A stretch of DNA of 63,620 bases, filler included, from Kipferlia bialata (GCA_003568945.1; 8 parts of 8 records of this genome joined end to end with filler, not necessarily neighbours in it); one strand, 5' to 3'; shown: positions 40,600-63,575, numbered from the whole stretch's first letter. The notes: generated by a model not told the origin, from the letters alone. A program made the numbers and translations.

Positions 40600-43500
40600 C
40601 TCAGGGTGCATGTCGAGCTGGTGTGTCTCTCCCCCCACAGTCACAGTCAGAGGGGTGTGGTAGGGCTCATACTCAGGGGCCATGGCAATACCGTAGTGCC
40701 TGACTGTGAGACCTAAGTACCCGGGTTCGAATCCCACTCCTTGTAATTTCTCAACAAGACTCACCTGAGTGTCTTGTGGTAGTGGCCCTTCTTCACCTTG
40801 CCCTTCTTGGCCTTCTTCTCTCCCTCTCCCTCTCCCTCTCCCTCATCTCCCTCGTCATCACTCTCTCCCTCACTGTCGGAGTCGTCTCCACCGGCTGCAC
40901 CCTTTTGTGTGAGTCAATCATTGGAATAAGCAACATATCTCATTAGAATATGAACATATATATATATATATGTATATGATCACACAGTCGGAGTCGTCTC
41001 CACCGGCTGCACCGTTAGTGTTAGTAATTGGTAGTGTATGCCATGTAAAGGAGAGAACTGCATGAATAATATATGTATTATATATGTACCTGCAGGGCTG
41101 CCATGTCGATGTCCTTCCACCAGGCATATGAACATGTTATATATATACTGTATATATACTGCACTATAATATATATATATATACACATATACTATACCTG
41201 CATGGCTGCCATGTCGATGTCCTTCCACCCGCTATATGAACACGCTGTATATATACTATATATATACTGCACTATAATATATATATATATATACATATAT
41301 ACTATACCTGCAGGGCTGCCATGTCGATGTCCTTCCACCCGCTATATGAACATGTTGTATATACACTATATATATACTACACTATAATATAATAAATATA
41401 CACTATAGATAGTACCTGCAGGGCTGCCATGTCGATGTCCTTCCACCAGGCATAGGGCACATCATCCTCACCAAAGATCTGGAGTTAGAAGGATACATAT
41501 GAAGAGAGAGAGAGGGGGGGAGAGAGAGAGAGAAGGTGTAGGGCACATCGTCCTCACCGAAGATCTAGGGTGAGAGTGACATACATACATGATAAAAGTG
41601 GAGAGAGAGAGAGAGAGAGAGCATACCTCCTCCAGTGTGGGCACGGGGTGGTCCTCGTTCAGCCTGAGCTTCCCTGATGGTAGGGATAGAGGTATATATA
41701 AGAATATGCCTGATGGTAGATATACATACATATATATAAGAATATGCCTGGTGGTAGGGATACATACATATATATATGAATATGCCTGGTGGTAGGGAAA
41801 TAGATCTATGATACATATGTATGATATGTATATATTTATGAAACATTGCTTGTTCAGCCTGAGCTTGCCTGATAGTAAGGAGCAGTTAGATAGAATAGAT
41901 CATCACAATGAAATCTATACCAGTGTCAGTACCATGTAGCTTCTCATCCCTCTCAACATACATATAGATAGATATACACATACCTGAGTTCGACTTCTCC
42001 TCCTTGGCCGCAAATCTCTCTCTCTCCCCATATACATTTTCGAACACTATATATACTATTTGTACATCCATTTACCTATATATATATATCATTGCACATA
42101 CCTGAGTTCGACTTCTCCTCCTTGGCAGCAGGGCGCCTCTTGGCCTCGGCCTAGGGGGTCAGACATATATGTATACCAGTATATATACACATATGTATAT
42201 ATATACATGTATGTATTAAACTATATACCTGCTGGGCTGCGGCCTCCTCGGCCTTCCTCTTGGCAGCCTTGGCCCTGGCTGATGGTAAGAGAGAGAGAGA
42301 GAGAGAGAGAGAAAGGGTGTAGAGGGAGAGAGTATTGGTGAAAAGGTAACAGGTGAGAAAGAGAGAGAGAGAGGGTGTAGGGGGAGAGAGTACCTGCAGA
42401 CTTCTTGGGGGCCAGCTCCTCCTCGATGGCCTCTCTCACCATGTCAATGTTGGAGAAGAGGACCTCGGCTCCTGGGGGTAAGGTCCCGGGTTCGATTCTC
42501 TCTGAGGCCGCAGATTGAATAGACACATACAGTTATATATATATGAGCACTCACCCTTGCCCTGGCTCCAGAGAGAGTCCAGAGAGCCAACAAGCTCACT
42601 GTAGGGGTGGGAGGTCTGAGGGTAAGAATGAATAGAGAGTTTAGAGGAAATAGTGAGGTCATAATATGAGAGAGAGAGAGAGACTGGCTGAAAGGGTGGG
42701 AGGTCTGAAGGTAAGAACATAGAGGGAGAGGGAGAGTAGAGGAAGGAGACAAGTCATGGAAGAGAGAGAGGATATGACGTACGTGGTTGACTAGCTTGGA
42801 GATGTCTGTGAGTCTGGACCTGTTGACATCGGAGAAGTCATCCTCCTCGACCTGGGGGTGAGGGGGCGCGGGTTCGATTCCCTCTCGTGACTCTATATGA
42901 GTGTATATATATACCTTTGGCTGTGTCCTTCTCTTGGCAGGTGCCCTCTTCCTCTCCTTCTTCACAACGACCTGGGGGTCAATAGGGGTGTAGAGGGGAG
43001 AGAGGATGAGCATGTGACACTACTAGACTCCATACTTACTATGTATTTATGACTATTTCATATATTGAGACTGCATATGTGTCCTCAGATCCAGCTAAGG
43101 GCTTCCCTGGTACTGTATATATGATGATTAACAGAAACAGACGAAGAGAGTATGTATAGTACATAGTATATGTAGTATATACATGGATATATATAGTTAT
43201 GAGATATGTATAAAAATATAGATATGCCTCACCTCGTCCTCAGAGTCTGAGTCCAGCTGATGGCTACCTCTATCCTCTGAATGTATATACAAATATAGAT
43301 ATGATACACATACATGTATATACACATATATGCCTCACCTCGTCCTCAGAGTCAGAGTCCAGCTGCACCTTGGTCTGGGGTGAGATACTTATAATGACTA
43401 ATAGAGAGAGAGGGAGAGAGAGAGAGAGAGATAGAGAGACAGAGAGAGAGAGAGAGTCCAGCTGCACCTTGGTCTGGGGTGAGATACATATATAGAGGTA

Positions 43501-44375
43501 TATATATTATATACAGAGAGAGAGGATCGGGGGGCGGGGGGGTGGAGGTGATACATAGTGATATGGAGAGAGAGTGTGTGTGTGATAGAGAGAGAGAGGG
43601 AGAGTGATCGGCCATACCCTGCGCTTGGCCGGTGTCCTCTTGGCAGGGGTCTTCCTGGCAGCCTAGGGGTAAGATACATATATATACATATATCAATAGC
43701 ATATATGTACAGAGAGAGAGAGAGACACTTGGCAGGGGTCTTCCTGGCAGGCTAGGGGTTAGACATATACATATGCGTACATATATCAATAGCACATATG
43801 TACAGAGAGAGATAGAGAGAGAGAAAGAGAGATAGCAGGGGTCTTCCTGGCAGCCTAGGGGCGAGGCATATATATACATATATATATATATATCGTATAT
43901 TTACCTTCTTCTTGGCCTTTGGCGACTCCCCCTCCTCAGTCCACTCCCCCTCATCCCTCTGAGGGGTCAGTGAGATAGCATATAAGAGACAGGACATAGG
44001 GAGACAGAAGACAGCGAGACGGGAGATACTAGACCGGCCTGACAATGACTAGCGAGATATGGAAAGAAAAGAATTCATCCTTATATGGAAGCAGTTATGG
44101 GCAGGGGATTTCACTATACAGTTCTTACACTCCTGACACTGGCCTTGATATCCCCCCCCCCCACCCCTCTCTCTCTCCCTATCTATCTCTCCCTATATAT
44201 GTGTGTTATACTATATATGATACCTTCTTCTGCGCCCTCCTCCTGGCATTGGCCTCTCTATCTGAGATATACATGATACCCGAGTCTCTATCTCTATAGT
44301 GGACACTATACTCAATATGATATATGTATACGATACGTGCTTCTGAGCCCTCCTCCTGGCATTGGTTTCATACTC

Positions 44376-44408
<33 letters not shown>

Positions 44409-44492
44409 CTCACTACACATGTAAGGATATTTGTAATACTACATACCTTCTTCTGAGCCCTCCTCCTGGCATTGGCCCTGGCACGCACAGCC
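40600..44492 (-). CDS. TOP1: DNA topoisomerase IB (TOP1): charged N-terminal domain and start of the conserved domain, truncated
   Basis: K/E/R-rich low-complexity exons are followed by VPYAWWKD (41416-41478) and KGHYHKTLR/HYGIAMAPEYEPYHTPL...LDMHPE (40765-40900, 40600-40699), matching eukaryotic TOP1 WW-E...KW-TLEH-G..F-PPYEP...L-PE. The catalytic core is not in the contig. Confidence 0.72.
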
Positions 44493-45052
44493 CTGACATG
44501 AGTGTATATATACATGTTAGTAGAGAGAGAGAGACAGAGAGAGAGAGATGGGGAGAGAGAGTCTGTGAAAGAGCACTGAGGATCTGACACGCATATCCCA
44601 GAGAGAGAGAGCGTGTGTGTGTGTGTGTGTGTGTGTGAGAGAAGGACAGGTGACACTCAATATGCAGAAGGCAGATAGTGTGTGTGGGGGGGGGGGGGGG
44701 ATAGGAAAAAATTTCACTTCTGNNNNNNNNNNNNNNNNNNNNNNNNNNNNNNNNNNNNNNNNNNNNTTAATTAATTAANNNNNNNNNNNNNNNNNNNNNN
44801 NNNNNNNNNNNNNNNNNNNNNNCCCGGTCCCCGGGTTTCCCCCCCCCCCCCCCCCCCCCCTCTTCTGTTCTTACCTCAATTGGTATATATATATGAATAC
44901 ATATGTGTATCCATATCCCTCATCCTAGGACATGTGGGTCAGGTCCAGGCTCAGTGCCTCTCCGTCTCTCTCTTTCTCTGTTTCTCTCTGTCTATCTGTC
45001 CCTCTCTCGCTCTCTCTCTCTATATATATACATACATATACTAATCCATCAG

Positions 45053-54735
<9,683 letters not shown>

Positions 54736-54759
54736 TTTCTCTCTCTCTCTCTCTCTCTC

Positions 54760-54793
<34 letters not shown>

Positions 54794-55053
54794 NNNNNNN
54801 NNNNNNNNNNNNNNNNNNNNNNNNNNNNNNNNNNNNNTTAATTAATTAANNNNNNNNNNNNNNNNNNNNNNNNNNNNNNNNNNNNNNNNNNNNACACTAT
54901 TCGGGGAAAGAAAGCAGCTCTAGAGACCCGCTATAGGGTCGATTCGTACTTTGCAGTATAAAATACTCATCATTTCTATGTTGGCCTTGCCCATCTCAAT
55001 TTGAACATGTGGACATTTCAATTTGAACATGTGGACTCTACATATTGACCATC

Positions 55054-57158
55054 TCATCCCCAAATCCTCAGCGCCTCCTCCTCCGTCTCCTTGCTCTTCA
55101 CAACTCTTTCTCCCTGCTGGCCCAGAACCAACACCTTTGGCACTGGACGAGAGTTGAACCTGGGGTAATTCATGTGAGAACGTATGCAAGGTATCAGTGT
55201 GAGACAGATACAGGCTGTAGCAACTGCACAGATATGTACCTGCTCCAGACTGAGAGCGTGTATGCCCCCGTGCATCCAAAGATTGCAACGTCTCCCTCCC
55301 TCAGGGCGGGGAGGTACTCTCTCTCCCAGGCCACAATGTCAGCTGGAGTGAGAATATATAGTGGAAAGAGGGTGAAGTATAACTACATTCTATAAGAGAA
55401 AGTTGCGACGCAACTCAATCAACAGCATATATATATTTGAATGAAGGGCAGAACCACGATACGAGATGCGATATTCTATTGTTGACTATTGCTTAGGTAT
55501 CTCATTGAAAGTACACTCCATACCTGAGAAGCATAGGGGGCCAACGACGTCTAGACCGTTGGCCACAGAGGAAGTGTCCACGGGAGTGTCCTCTGGGGTC
55601 CGCAGTACCCACTCCCCATCCTTCTGTCCGTATATGTCCATGGGCAGACGCATCATGTGCTCCTGATATTAGATCCTTGACTGTGAAGGGCAGTGCAACA
55701 GCTATACACCTCCGCCATGTGAGATATATACATAATGGGTCACCTTGGTGTATGCAGTCCACACACACATGTCAGCCCCAAAGTGGATGGTTGCAATCTG
55801 CCTCCCGCCCTGTGACTTGACATACTCCACCTTGGAGGCCAGGTATCCAGACCTAAAGTGGGATTATAGGCAAGGAAATACCACACCAGTGTCATTAAGA
55901 ATCAAATGAGCACAAACTCATATTGTAACACTTCATGTAACTCATCATGTATCTCATCATGTATTCACCAACCTAGCGATAAGTGCCCTTCCAAACTCTG
56001 TGACGAGTCTGTACTCTGTGACAGAGGGGACAGCTGCCACAACAGCACCCCAGTACTGGGCAAAGGAGGGGGACTCCTGGCAGTCAGAGAACAAGGGTAT
56101 AATGGTTCAAGGGTATAGTAGGGCACTGCCCATATAGGCATATCCTAAGTGCATCAACAAATATCTCTGTGCACTCACCTTCATCTTCTCGTAAGAGACT
56201 GGGAATCCACCGCCAATGTCCAGTGTGGTGATCTGTCTGTGGCCCAGGGCAGAGTTGATGGCCTGGGGGTGAGCAGTCTACTGACCCCCTGGTTGATATA
56301 AATATATGGAAAGCACATCCACAATAGTTGCTTCTGATACCCTGGACACAATCTGAATAATACAGGTATTACTACCCCCTACCTCTGCTGTGGAGCATAT
56401 GGATGCCACCCCTGCCACCAACTGGTCGAAGCCCATACCGCCAGAGCCTGAGAGTAAGGGTATTGGATATAGAACTTGATATATAACCTGATAGTGCACA
56501 TACCCACGTGCACGTGGAGTGCATTGACCCTGGGCATGGCAGCACAGGAGTCAATCACACGCTGCAGGACCCCTGGCTGTGAGGAATGGAGGAGAGAGGG
56601 GGAGCATGTTGGCATGCGATATATTCTCTTCAGTATCAGTATCTGATATATGTCTGTGCCTGTGCCTACCTGGCTGGTTGACTGGGATGCCGAACTTGGC
56701 CGTGGCTGTGGCAGTGCTGGTGGCCTAGGGGGTGAGGGTCACTAAGTATAGATGGCACAGTGACGGTATGCACTACAATACATATACTGATACCTCAATA
56801 TCCCCTGCCCCTATCTGGGGGTTGATCCTGAGACCCACACTGCTGGTGGAGGCTGAGCACTCACCAGACACCAGGGACTGGATGCGGGTCTGGGGTGAGG
56901 CAGGGGAGAGCGAGTGATCAGGTGTCTACTCTGATATATGTATAACACTCTTATCATTTCACCCACCAGTTCATCGAAGTTGTCCACATTGAGCAGACCC
57001 ACGTTCCTAGGGGTGAGGCAGTGCTTAGTCCAAGAGATATTGTGCCAGTATCAGGGAGTGGTGCATACCCACCTGTTCAGTGCCAGCCTGAGCTCCCTCA
57101 TAGTCTTGGCGGGGGAGTCATACACAACCTGGGAGGGGGCAAGGCCGGTCTTGAGGGC
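55054..57158 (-). CDS. Group IV PLP-dependent decarboxylase, diaminopimelate decarboxylase (LysA)-like, bacterial type; N-terminal PLP-lysine exons not found
   Basis: Exons give VVYDSPAKTMRELRLAL, LNVDNFDEL, GLRINPQIGAGDIEATSTATATAKFG, LHVHVGS, LDIGGGFPVSY, LVTEFGRALIA, VEYVK, DVVGPLCFSAD, TGAYTLSVWSRFNSRPVP, ending RIWG-TGA at 55054. Confidence 0.88.
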
Positions 57159-57227
57159 CTGGGGTGGGGGAAACAGGGGGGAAAGGAACGGAGGGGGGAT
57201 GTGATAATAGGTTAGGATTGAGTGTGT

Positions 57228-57263
<36 letters not shown>

Positions 57264-57339
57264 GGAGTACTCAATGAGATGGTACCGGGAGTGGCAGGCG
57301 AGTCACATCAAGAGGGTGATAGTACTTACACACACTCAC

Positions 57340-58197
57340 TTGGGCTTGAAGGCGCTGCATCTGTAGACAAGGTGGGAGGGGGAGGGGGCGTCGACAGGGG
57401 AGGGGGAGAGGGAGAGTACGTGGGAAGAGGAGGAGGGGGTGGCCACGGCCACAGTGAGCATGTCTCTCACATCGTCCTGGTTGGGCTGCTCCATAGGGGT
57501 ACGGAGCTGGGTATGAGTACAGGGACACACACAACAGTAGACAACAACACTATTCACGAGTATACATATATATTTGGTACCTTGTTGATGACGTGGACAC
57601 AGACATCGATGACGCATCCCTCACGGGTGAACTCAATGACATTGAGGGACACGGTACAGGCAGAGGGGTCGATCTGGTGGCGCTGAGGATGAGAGGCAAT
57701 GGAGAGAGGAAACAACTGAGAGCTGGGAGAGCAGCAAAGACATCGACAATCCATACCTTCAGTGCGGTGGTGCGCTCCTTACCCCTGGCTTCAAGTGCCT
57801 GGGTAATGAGGAGGAGACATAGTCAGGAGAGTGAGTCTGAGTGCTGAGTGTTTTGGATAATTGTCTCTGACATACCTGCTGCACACTGGAGACCTGGCAC
57901 TCCTGCAGAGCCTGGGCAGACACGATGGTGTCGAGGCGTCCGCAGCAGTGGTTGACAAAGAGGCGGACCTGTCGTCAGTCATAACTCTAATTGAACAAGT
58001 AGAATTGTGGAATAACGGAGTACCTCTATGTACCCACCTCATCATTCAGGGACTCCACATCGGGACGGTCTGCTGGCAGGTTGGACAGCTTCTGGAGGGC
58101 TGCCTGGATCCTAACAAGAGATGCAGTGTTTTCCATATCTGTCGCGAGAAGAAGTGAGTGTATGACAAGTACCTCTCGCTACACCCTCAGACCACAT
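57340..58197 (-). CDS. Hypothetical protein, 5' exons
   Basis: Phase-compatible GT-AG exons: (MWSEGVARD)MENTASLVRIQAALQKLSNLP.../VRLFVNHCCGRLDTIV.../ALEARGKERTTALK/RHQIDPSACTVSLNVIEF.../LRTPMEQ...AFKP. Start codon ambiguous; no family recognised. Confidence 0.65.
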
Positions 58198-58282
58198 AGA
58201 CAAAAATGTCGACCAGTTCTTCTCTTGACTGGCTCCCTGTCTTCATACACATATCAGAGCAAGAACACGCTTATATAAACAC
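58198..58282. promoter_or_regulatory. Putative compact bidirectional promoter
   Basis: 85 bp separate the divergent ATGs at 58197(-) and 58283(+); TTATATAAA at 58271-58279. Confidence 0.45.
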
Positions 58283-58990
58283 ATGGATAGTGGAGAGCGA
58301 GGCCTGGGGGAGACCGTCCCCCTGGAACCGGCCGATCTGTCCCCCCATGAGACAACAGAGGGAGACACCGGAGTCAATATCGATGAGTTGCTAGTGATCC
58401 CTGATGTGAGTATCACCAATGACCCTTCCGACTTGTTCGCAGGGGAGACCAAGCTCCAGCAGCTGGCCCCTCCAGGTGTGGCACACGGTGTATGAATATC
58501 ATCATGTTTCGAGGTCATTTGATATACCAGATTCTCTGGGACAGTGTTTCGTCTCACACAGGCTATTTCTGGTCACCAGCGGGACCCAACCTCCCACTAT
58601 TTGTGCCACACACGTCCCCTGCCAGCAGAGATGCGTCAGAGCAGACCCTGAAGGACGAGATCGAGAGCAGGCCGTATGGGGGAGAGGAGGGCGAGGCCCC
58701 CCTTACCAAGGAGGAGAGACGGGACCTGACTTCACAGGACACACAGCGGTCCACAGCCACACACAGCAGGATGAGCAAGGCAACACTCTCCCCCTTCCTC
58801 AGACCCGGGGACCTAGGCCTTGCCAGACTCGCAGTGACCCTTGGGAAGCACAGGTGGGTGTATGCAAGTGGTGTATATACCAGGCCATGCGTGGAGGGTG
58901 TATGGTGTTACATATGTTAGTCGGACTCATCATCAGGAAGACCAGTGAGGGGGCAGCCACAGGGGTTCCCCTGTCTCTTTTGGGAACAAG
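58283..58990 (+). CDS. Hypothetical protein, 5' exons
   Basis: ATG 58283; in-frame exons 58283-58487, 58562-58853, 58937-58990 with GT-AG boundaries (MDSGERGLGETVPLEP.../GYFWSPAGPNLPLF.../KTSEGAATGVPLSLLGTR). Confidence 0.65.
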
Positions 58991-59332
58991 GTGAGACATA
59001 CTGTCTCCATCGGAGTCTTTTACATGGTTATGTATTGCTCCGTGTTTCTCTCTCTCTCTCCCCCCCCCCCCCTTTTTCCGCCTGGCCGTCAATCGGGGNN
59101 NNNNNNNNNNNNNNNNNNNNNNNNNNNNNNNNNNNNNNNNNNTTAATTAATTAANNNNNNNNNNNNNNNNNNNNNNNNNNNNNNNNNNNNNNNNNNNNCT
59201 GCGTATCACATCGGCAAGGTTTCTTATTCGACCCCCCCCCTCCCCCCCCGTCACTAACCCCGTCTCCCTGCAGGTGTCCCAGTATCAGTATCTATGCTAC
59301 TACTATCTATGATACTGAGACTGATACTGCAG

Positions 59333-62300
59333 GTGTCCCCCCTAGAGCTCATACCCGTCCTGCACAGACAGCTCAGAAGGCTCACAGACGTGGTGGAGTA
59401 CCTCAACAGGAGGTAGGATGGCAGTATCTATGATACTGATACTGATACAGATACAGGAGGATAGCAGAGCATCCTCCCAATTTCTCTTTTTTATGCACCG
59501 CGAGTTGAACGACTAGTTCCCGCCATGATTGTAGGCATCACATGATACATTTTTGAGGCATCATACTAGACATGTCCCCCACCCCTATATGTATGATATA
59601 TGTATTTGTGATGTATATGTATAATGTATACTTTTGGAGACGGACTGGTCTGTCTTTCTGCATCATATATCTCTCTATCTATATTTATGTCTATGTCATC
59701 ATATACCCCACTCAACTAGAGTATTGAATATTCTCACATACCCCATTTTACCGTTATATTTAGACTGGTGGTGATCCATTATTATTGTTGTCTGCATATG
59801 CCTCTCACCCACAGCGTAGGCCTTGTTCACATCTACTGGTACTGGGCACCTCCCTCTGTGGCCCATGCCCCATTCAGGCTCTTCCAGACGCTGGACCAGG
59901 TATGGATATGTTATACATTTCTGTTTCTTGTCCTATACAAGTGTGCGTTGTGTCACCGCGTCACTACATGATGGTATATGTCACTACATTATGACCGGAT
60001 GTGTCTTGGTATCCCACCTCTATGCCTGACCCCAGGCCAAGGCCAGCACCAAGGTGTCCAGCTCAGACTGTCCCACAGATAGGTACACTTGTATACATGT
60101 GCATGTTTATATACCTCTGGCTACTGTATGCACCTCACCTCAGGACGCTGGAGGCATTGGCCCCCGCCCTCTTTGCCCAGTCTGAGTACTGCTGCGGGGA
60201 AGGTGACGCCCTGTCCCGGGTGCTGAGAAGGGCCTGCCAGGGGTCCCCGCACCGCACCCTTGTGATGGGGTCCCCTCTCTTTGACCTATGTGCTCTGTCC
60301 TCGCTTGATAGCCTCACAATCGGAAGGTAAAAGCATGTTGCTCTTCGTTTTGTACTTAATTGTTGATGAGGTCGTGCCATGTGTCTACATTATCCAGTGT
60401 CCAATTCCCATTGGGTCCTCAATTGACATAGGGTGTGCCATATATATCAGTATTGTATGTATCAGTATAGTAATGATACTGATACTCCACATTGACCCAT
60501 AGGTTATGCCCCCCCGAATGGCCAGAGGTCCGTATAGCATCGGTAGGCAATGGATCTACATCCATCAGGCAACATCTCCAGGTATCGGCATGTCACGTAC
60601 CATACCCTCCTCCATGTGTACCCTGACCCTCAGTCCCTCTTCCAGTTGACTCCCGACCGGCTGGCAGGTGTGGCTCTGCTGCAGTGTGAGAACCTCGGCC
60701 AGACGTTCATGGATCTACCGGGGTCTCAGGTACCATTTGTTTGCAGTCCCTTGTGATTATACATGTACATGTTGCTCAATATCCCATGTATGTGTGCACG
60801 TGTGCCAAAGTGCTACCTCCGCTGACTACGTTGAATAATAGAGTAGAATAATAGAATTATTATAGGACTATTACATATATTGAACTATTATAAATGGACT
60901 TTTGGATATTACAACTACGGTACTGATGCCAGGGCGACTCCAATATCTCTGTGGGTCAGTACCTGCAGCAGATGAGGTCTGGGGTCTACAGGAGAGGGAT
61001 AGAGTCTGTACTGGCTGACGCAGGTTGGACAGTGCTGTATATTGCTATACAGTTGTTGCTCAAGTATATATATCTATATTTAAGTATGGTCCTATCAGGC
61101 GCTCGCACATGAGAAATAGTCGGGCCATTCTACTATTTAGCTGCTGCACTTCCTTCATGTTGGCCCCACAATAGTTCTATAGATGTTTTGAATATTGCAT
61201 ACGTCATTGTACTAGTATATATATATCTTTATGTAGGATATATCCATAGATGTCGCTCTATACACTCACCCCCAGGGGCCTCGGACAGTATCCTCTCCCA
61301 GGCCAGAAAGGCCTTGGCGGATGTCTCTATGTGTCTTACCGGAAGGTGGGTCAGTGTCTGTGTCTGTGTCTGTCTGATACTGATTCTATCAGATACTGGG
61401 TGTCTGTATATGACTCTGGTCTTGGTGTCATTGCCACATCGTATATATGGAATACATATATGATATTCCCTGTCTCACCCTAGGGCGGGTGAGCACCCAT
61501 CTTACTCCTCTCCACTCCTCGCGATGCTCTCTGCCCAGGCCCGCATCCCCATCTCCCCCTTCTTCGATATCACCTGGGGCACCCCCCTTCTGGTCGGGGA
61601 CCTACTGGCTCCCATCCTGACTAGACTGGCCCTCCAGGCCGGTACACCTCCTCCCTCTCTGGCAGGTGGTATTGGTACTGATACACAGGTGCCACGGTGG
61701 GTGAGCCAGCCAGGCAGTGCTTCCAAGGTACATGGCAACTCTAGCACCTGCTATGGCTAACCCGTTGTCATCAGCCATGGTCATAGTAACCTGGTGTAGC
61801 CGTGACTACCCCCACCTCTAACCCAAGGTAGCCACCCTCCTTTGGGTGTCAGGTCTCTCTTCGTCCCCCATCCCTCCACACACCCACTCTGCTGTCGACA
61901 CGCTCACCTGCATGGTCGGGGCCTGGGGCGTGGTGGCACTCCTGTGTGTGGGCAGAGCCCTCGTGCAGAGACGGGTACTGAGTGTTGGCGAGGTCAGGGC
62001 TCTGCTTCAATATGCTGTATAATATATACATATATATACATATATATGCACCTTGTGTCTGTTACCCCAGGTCGAGGCCGCCCTGACTGCTGCCGTTGCC
62101 TATGCCGACCTGTCCAACGCCGAGAGAGAGGCCTACCACGCCAAGCTGCCTCACCTCAACTCCAAGCTGCCATCGAGGTATGTATATATATTTATATACA
62201 TACATATATATATATATATGTATATATATTAATATATATGTGTGTGTGTGTGTGCCATCAGTACTGTCGACTTAGGACCTCCCCCCTTTCCTTTCTTCTG

Positions 62301-63550
62301 CGCTAGCCCCCCCCCCCTCCCTATGAGTGTCACGTCATTGCACTAAGTACAAGGCTCATGTGCACCACCGCCCTGGTAGCCGAGGTTGAGAGGGCGCTGC
62401 TGGCGTCTGCTGCTGTGGGCACACAGTCCATGGCAGTGCATGATCGGTATGTGTTGATTCACTTATATTTGTGTATACATATATACTCATTTATCTCTCT
62501 CTTTAGCAAGTATTTCAGGATGTCGCTGATTGGTTCAATAGTGTGTCACTATACCATTCTAGAAGTCTATTCTGGCAATAGTGGTATGAGTCATCCACCT
62601 AGTATTGTCAGTGTGCGTCATTGGGTTCTCTTCCGCTATCTCATTCCAGGAGTGTCTGTGACAGTGTCAGTATATGTATGTATCTGTATATATCTGTATA
62701 TATACTGAAACTTGATATAGTATCTCATATCAGGAGTGTCTGCGACCGTCGGAGTGTGGTTAGTGCCGTTGTGGCTCTGGGCACCCTTACAAAGACAGGT
62801 GTGGAGCTTGTACTGATGTGTCCATGGATCTCGATATAGTGCCCCCAGTCTGACCACTTTCTCTATTTGTTTCATATGGATGTGTATTGTCTCACGTAGG
62901 GCAGATTGAGAAGGGAGACGACCCTCTTCACTGCACCATGGACTACCTAGGGCTTAGTACTAGTGACAACACCCTCACGGCTGTCAGGTAAGACTGTTCT
63001 ACTAGTGTTTCATAATGCTCCATGTATAACAACTGTGAGAACCCCTCTACACCCCTCTGCTCTCCCCATGCTCACTTCTTCCAGATATCTTGTGGACACC
63101 TATGTTACCAATGCCCCCTCGGAGACTGCTGCCGTGGAGAGGGTCATTCCAGAGGTAGGGTTCCGATGTGAACAGTGGGTCAGTATATATATGTTATATC
63201 AGTATATATATGTTATATATGTTCATGAACAGAGGTTAAAGTACCCAGTGACCTCCCATCTCTCTCTCCCTCATCTCAGCACGACGTATCCCAGATGGTG
63301 CCAGGTGAGCAGGCCTGTCCCTTGTATCCAGAGCTCTCTCCCCTGCCCGCCGACAGCAAGGTAGCAAGGCAGTCTCACATGTATATCTTCTTGGTCTTCT
63401 GATAGATGTATAGATAGAAATCTTTCCCTCACATCTCAGTGGGACTCCATTCTAGAGACCATCCTCTGCTCAGATGCAGACACCCCTGTGTTCATAGCTG
63501 GTGAGACAGGGTCTGGCAAGTCCACAAGAGTACCCGCCATGATCAGACAG
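59333..63550 (+). CDS. DEAH/RHA helicase with long unrecognised N-terminal extension, truncated just after motif I
   Basis: About 18 GT-AG exons; the last two give LSPLPADSK/WDSILETILCSDADTPVFIAGETGSGKSTRVPAMIRQ (LP..K..IL...GETGSGKST, DEAH motif I, 63440-63550). No stop seen in the upstream exons read, but every junction phase was not rigorously checked. Confidence 0.7.
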
Positions 63551-63575
63551 GTGCGAGACCCTTGTAATCTCTCTC

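Noticed and set aside
40680..40750. Complete tRNA gene
   Set aside because: Only a T-arm-like motif; no pairing anticodon or acceptor stem found, and the 5' half would overlap a TOP1 exon.
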